A stretch of DNA of 63,516 nt, taken from assembly GCA_030324005.1 (NCBI GenBank), contig JARDVH010000185.1:4280981-4344496 (forward strand), written 5' to 3'. This DNA comes from Negaprion brevirostris. Lineage: Eukaryota. The notes beneath the pieces were generated by a model. The model saw nothing but the letters and a program-made list of their open reading frames with translations, had not been told where the DNA came from and ran no database searches. The translations under genes were made by a program, and so were the position numbers. Below, piece after piece: positions 63,415 through 63,516 of this stretch. Position 1 is the stretch's first letter; each line of letters starts with the position of its first letter.

Positions 63415-63516
63415 CTGTGGGTACCGCATGGTAGGTTGTTGGGAGGCAGAGAGTGGGGGTTAATGGGTGCTATTCGGATTGGCGGTTGGTGACTAGTGGA
63501 GTGCCCCAGGGGTCGG
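63415..63516 (+). mobile_element. CR1 RT fragment running off the window
   Basis: RQRVGVNGCYSDWRLVTSGVPQGS. Confidence 0.9.

Noticed and set aside
1-63516. Prokaryotic-type systems (CRISPR arrays, operons, defence islands)
   Set aside because: Vertebrate repeat landscape, no gene-dense coding and no regularly spaced repeat-spacer array

Overview
Vertebrate genomic DNA, almost certainly a shark (elasmobranch). The evidence is HE1/V-type tRNA SINEs, Deu-domain SINEs, abundant CR1 and L2 LINE fragments and Penelope elements; there are also many N gaps. No intact protein-coding gene is recognisable, and the listed ORFs are TE remnants, N-gap artefacts or chance. The window reads as mostly intronic DNA of an unidentified gene, probably on the minus strand (apparent A>T excess on plus by eye; minus-strand exon candidates at 62481-62693, 39793-39825, 20347-20361 and 1185-1335). 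Four things stand out. (1) A ~2.6 kb repeat-free AT-rich segment (~39.6-42.2 kb) has A/T tracts phased at ~10 bp, unusually retained CpGs and a YY1-type motif. (2) A 118-bp Penelope-derived insertion has an 11-bp TSD and an apparently intact minimal hammerhead ribozyme (16948-16989, minus). (3) A possible decayed foreign coding block lies at ~21.9-23.1 kb and ~24.7-26.8 kb. (4) The CpG-retaining left end has exon candidates on both strands. All counts are by hand and approximate; TE boundaries are approximate.
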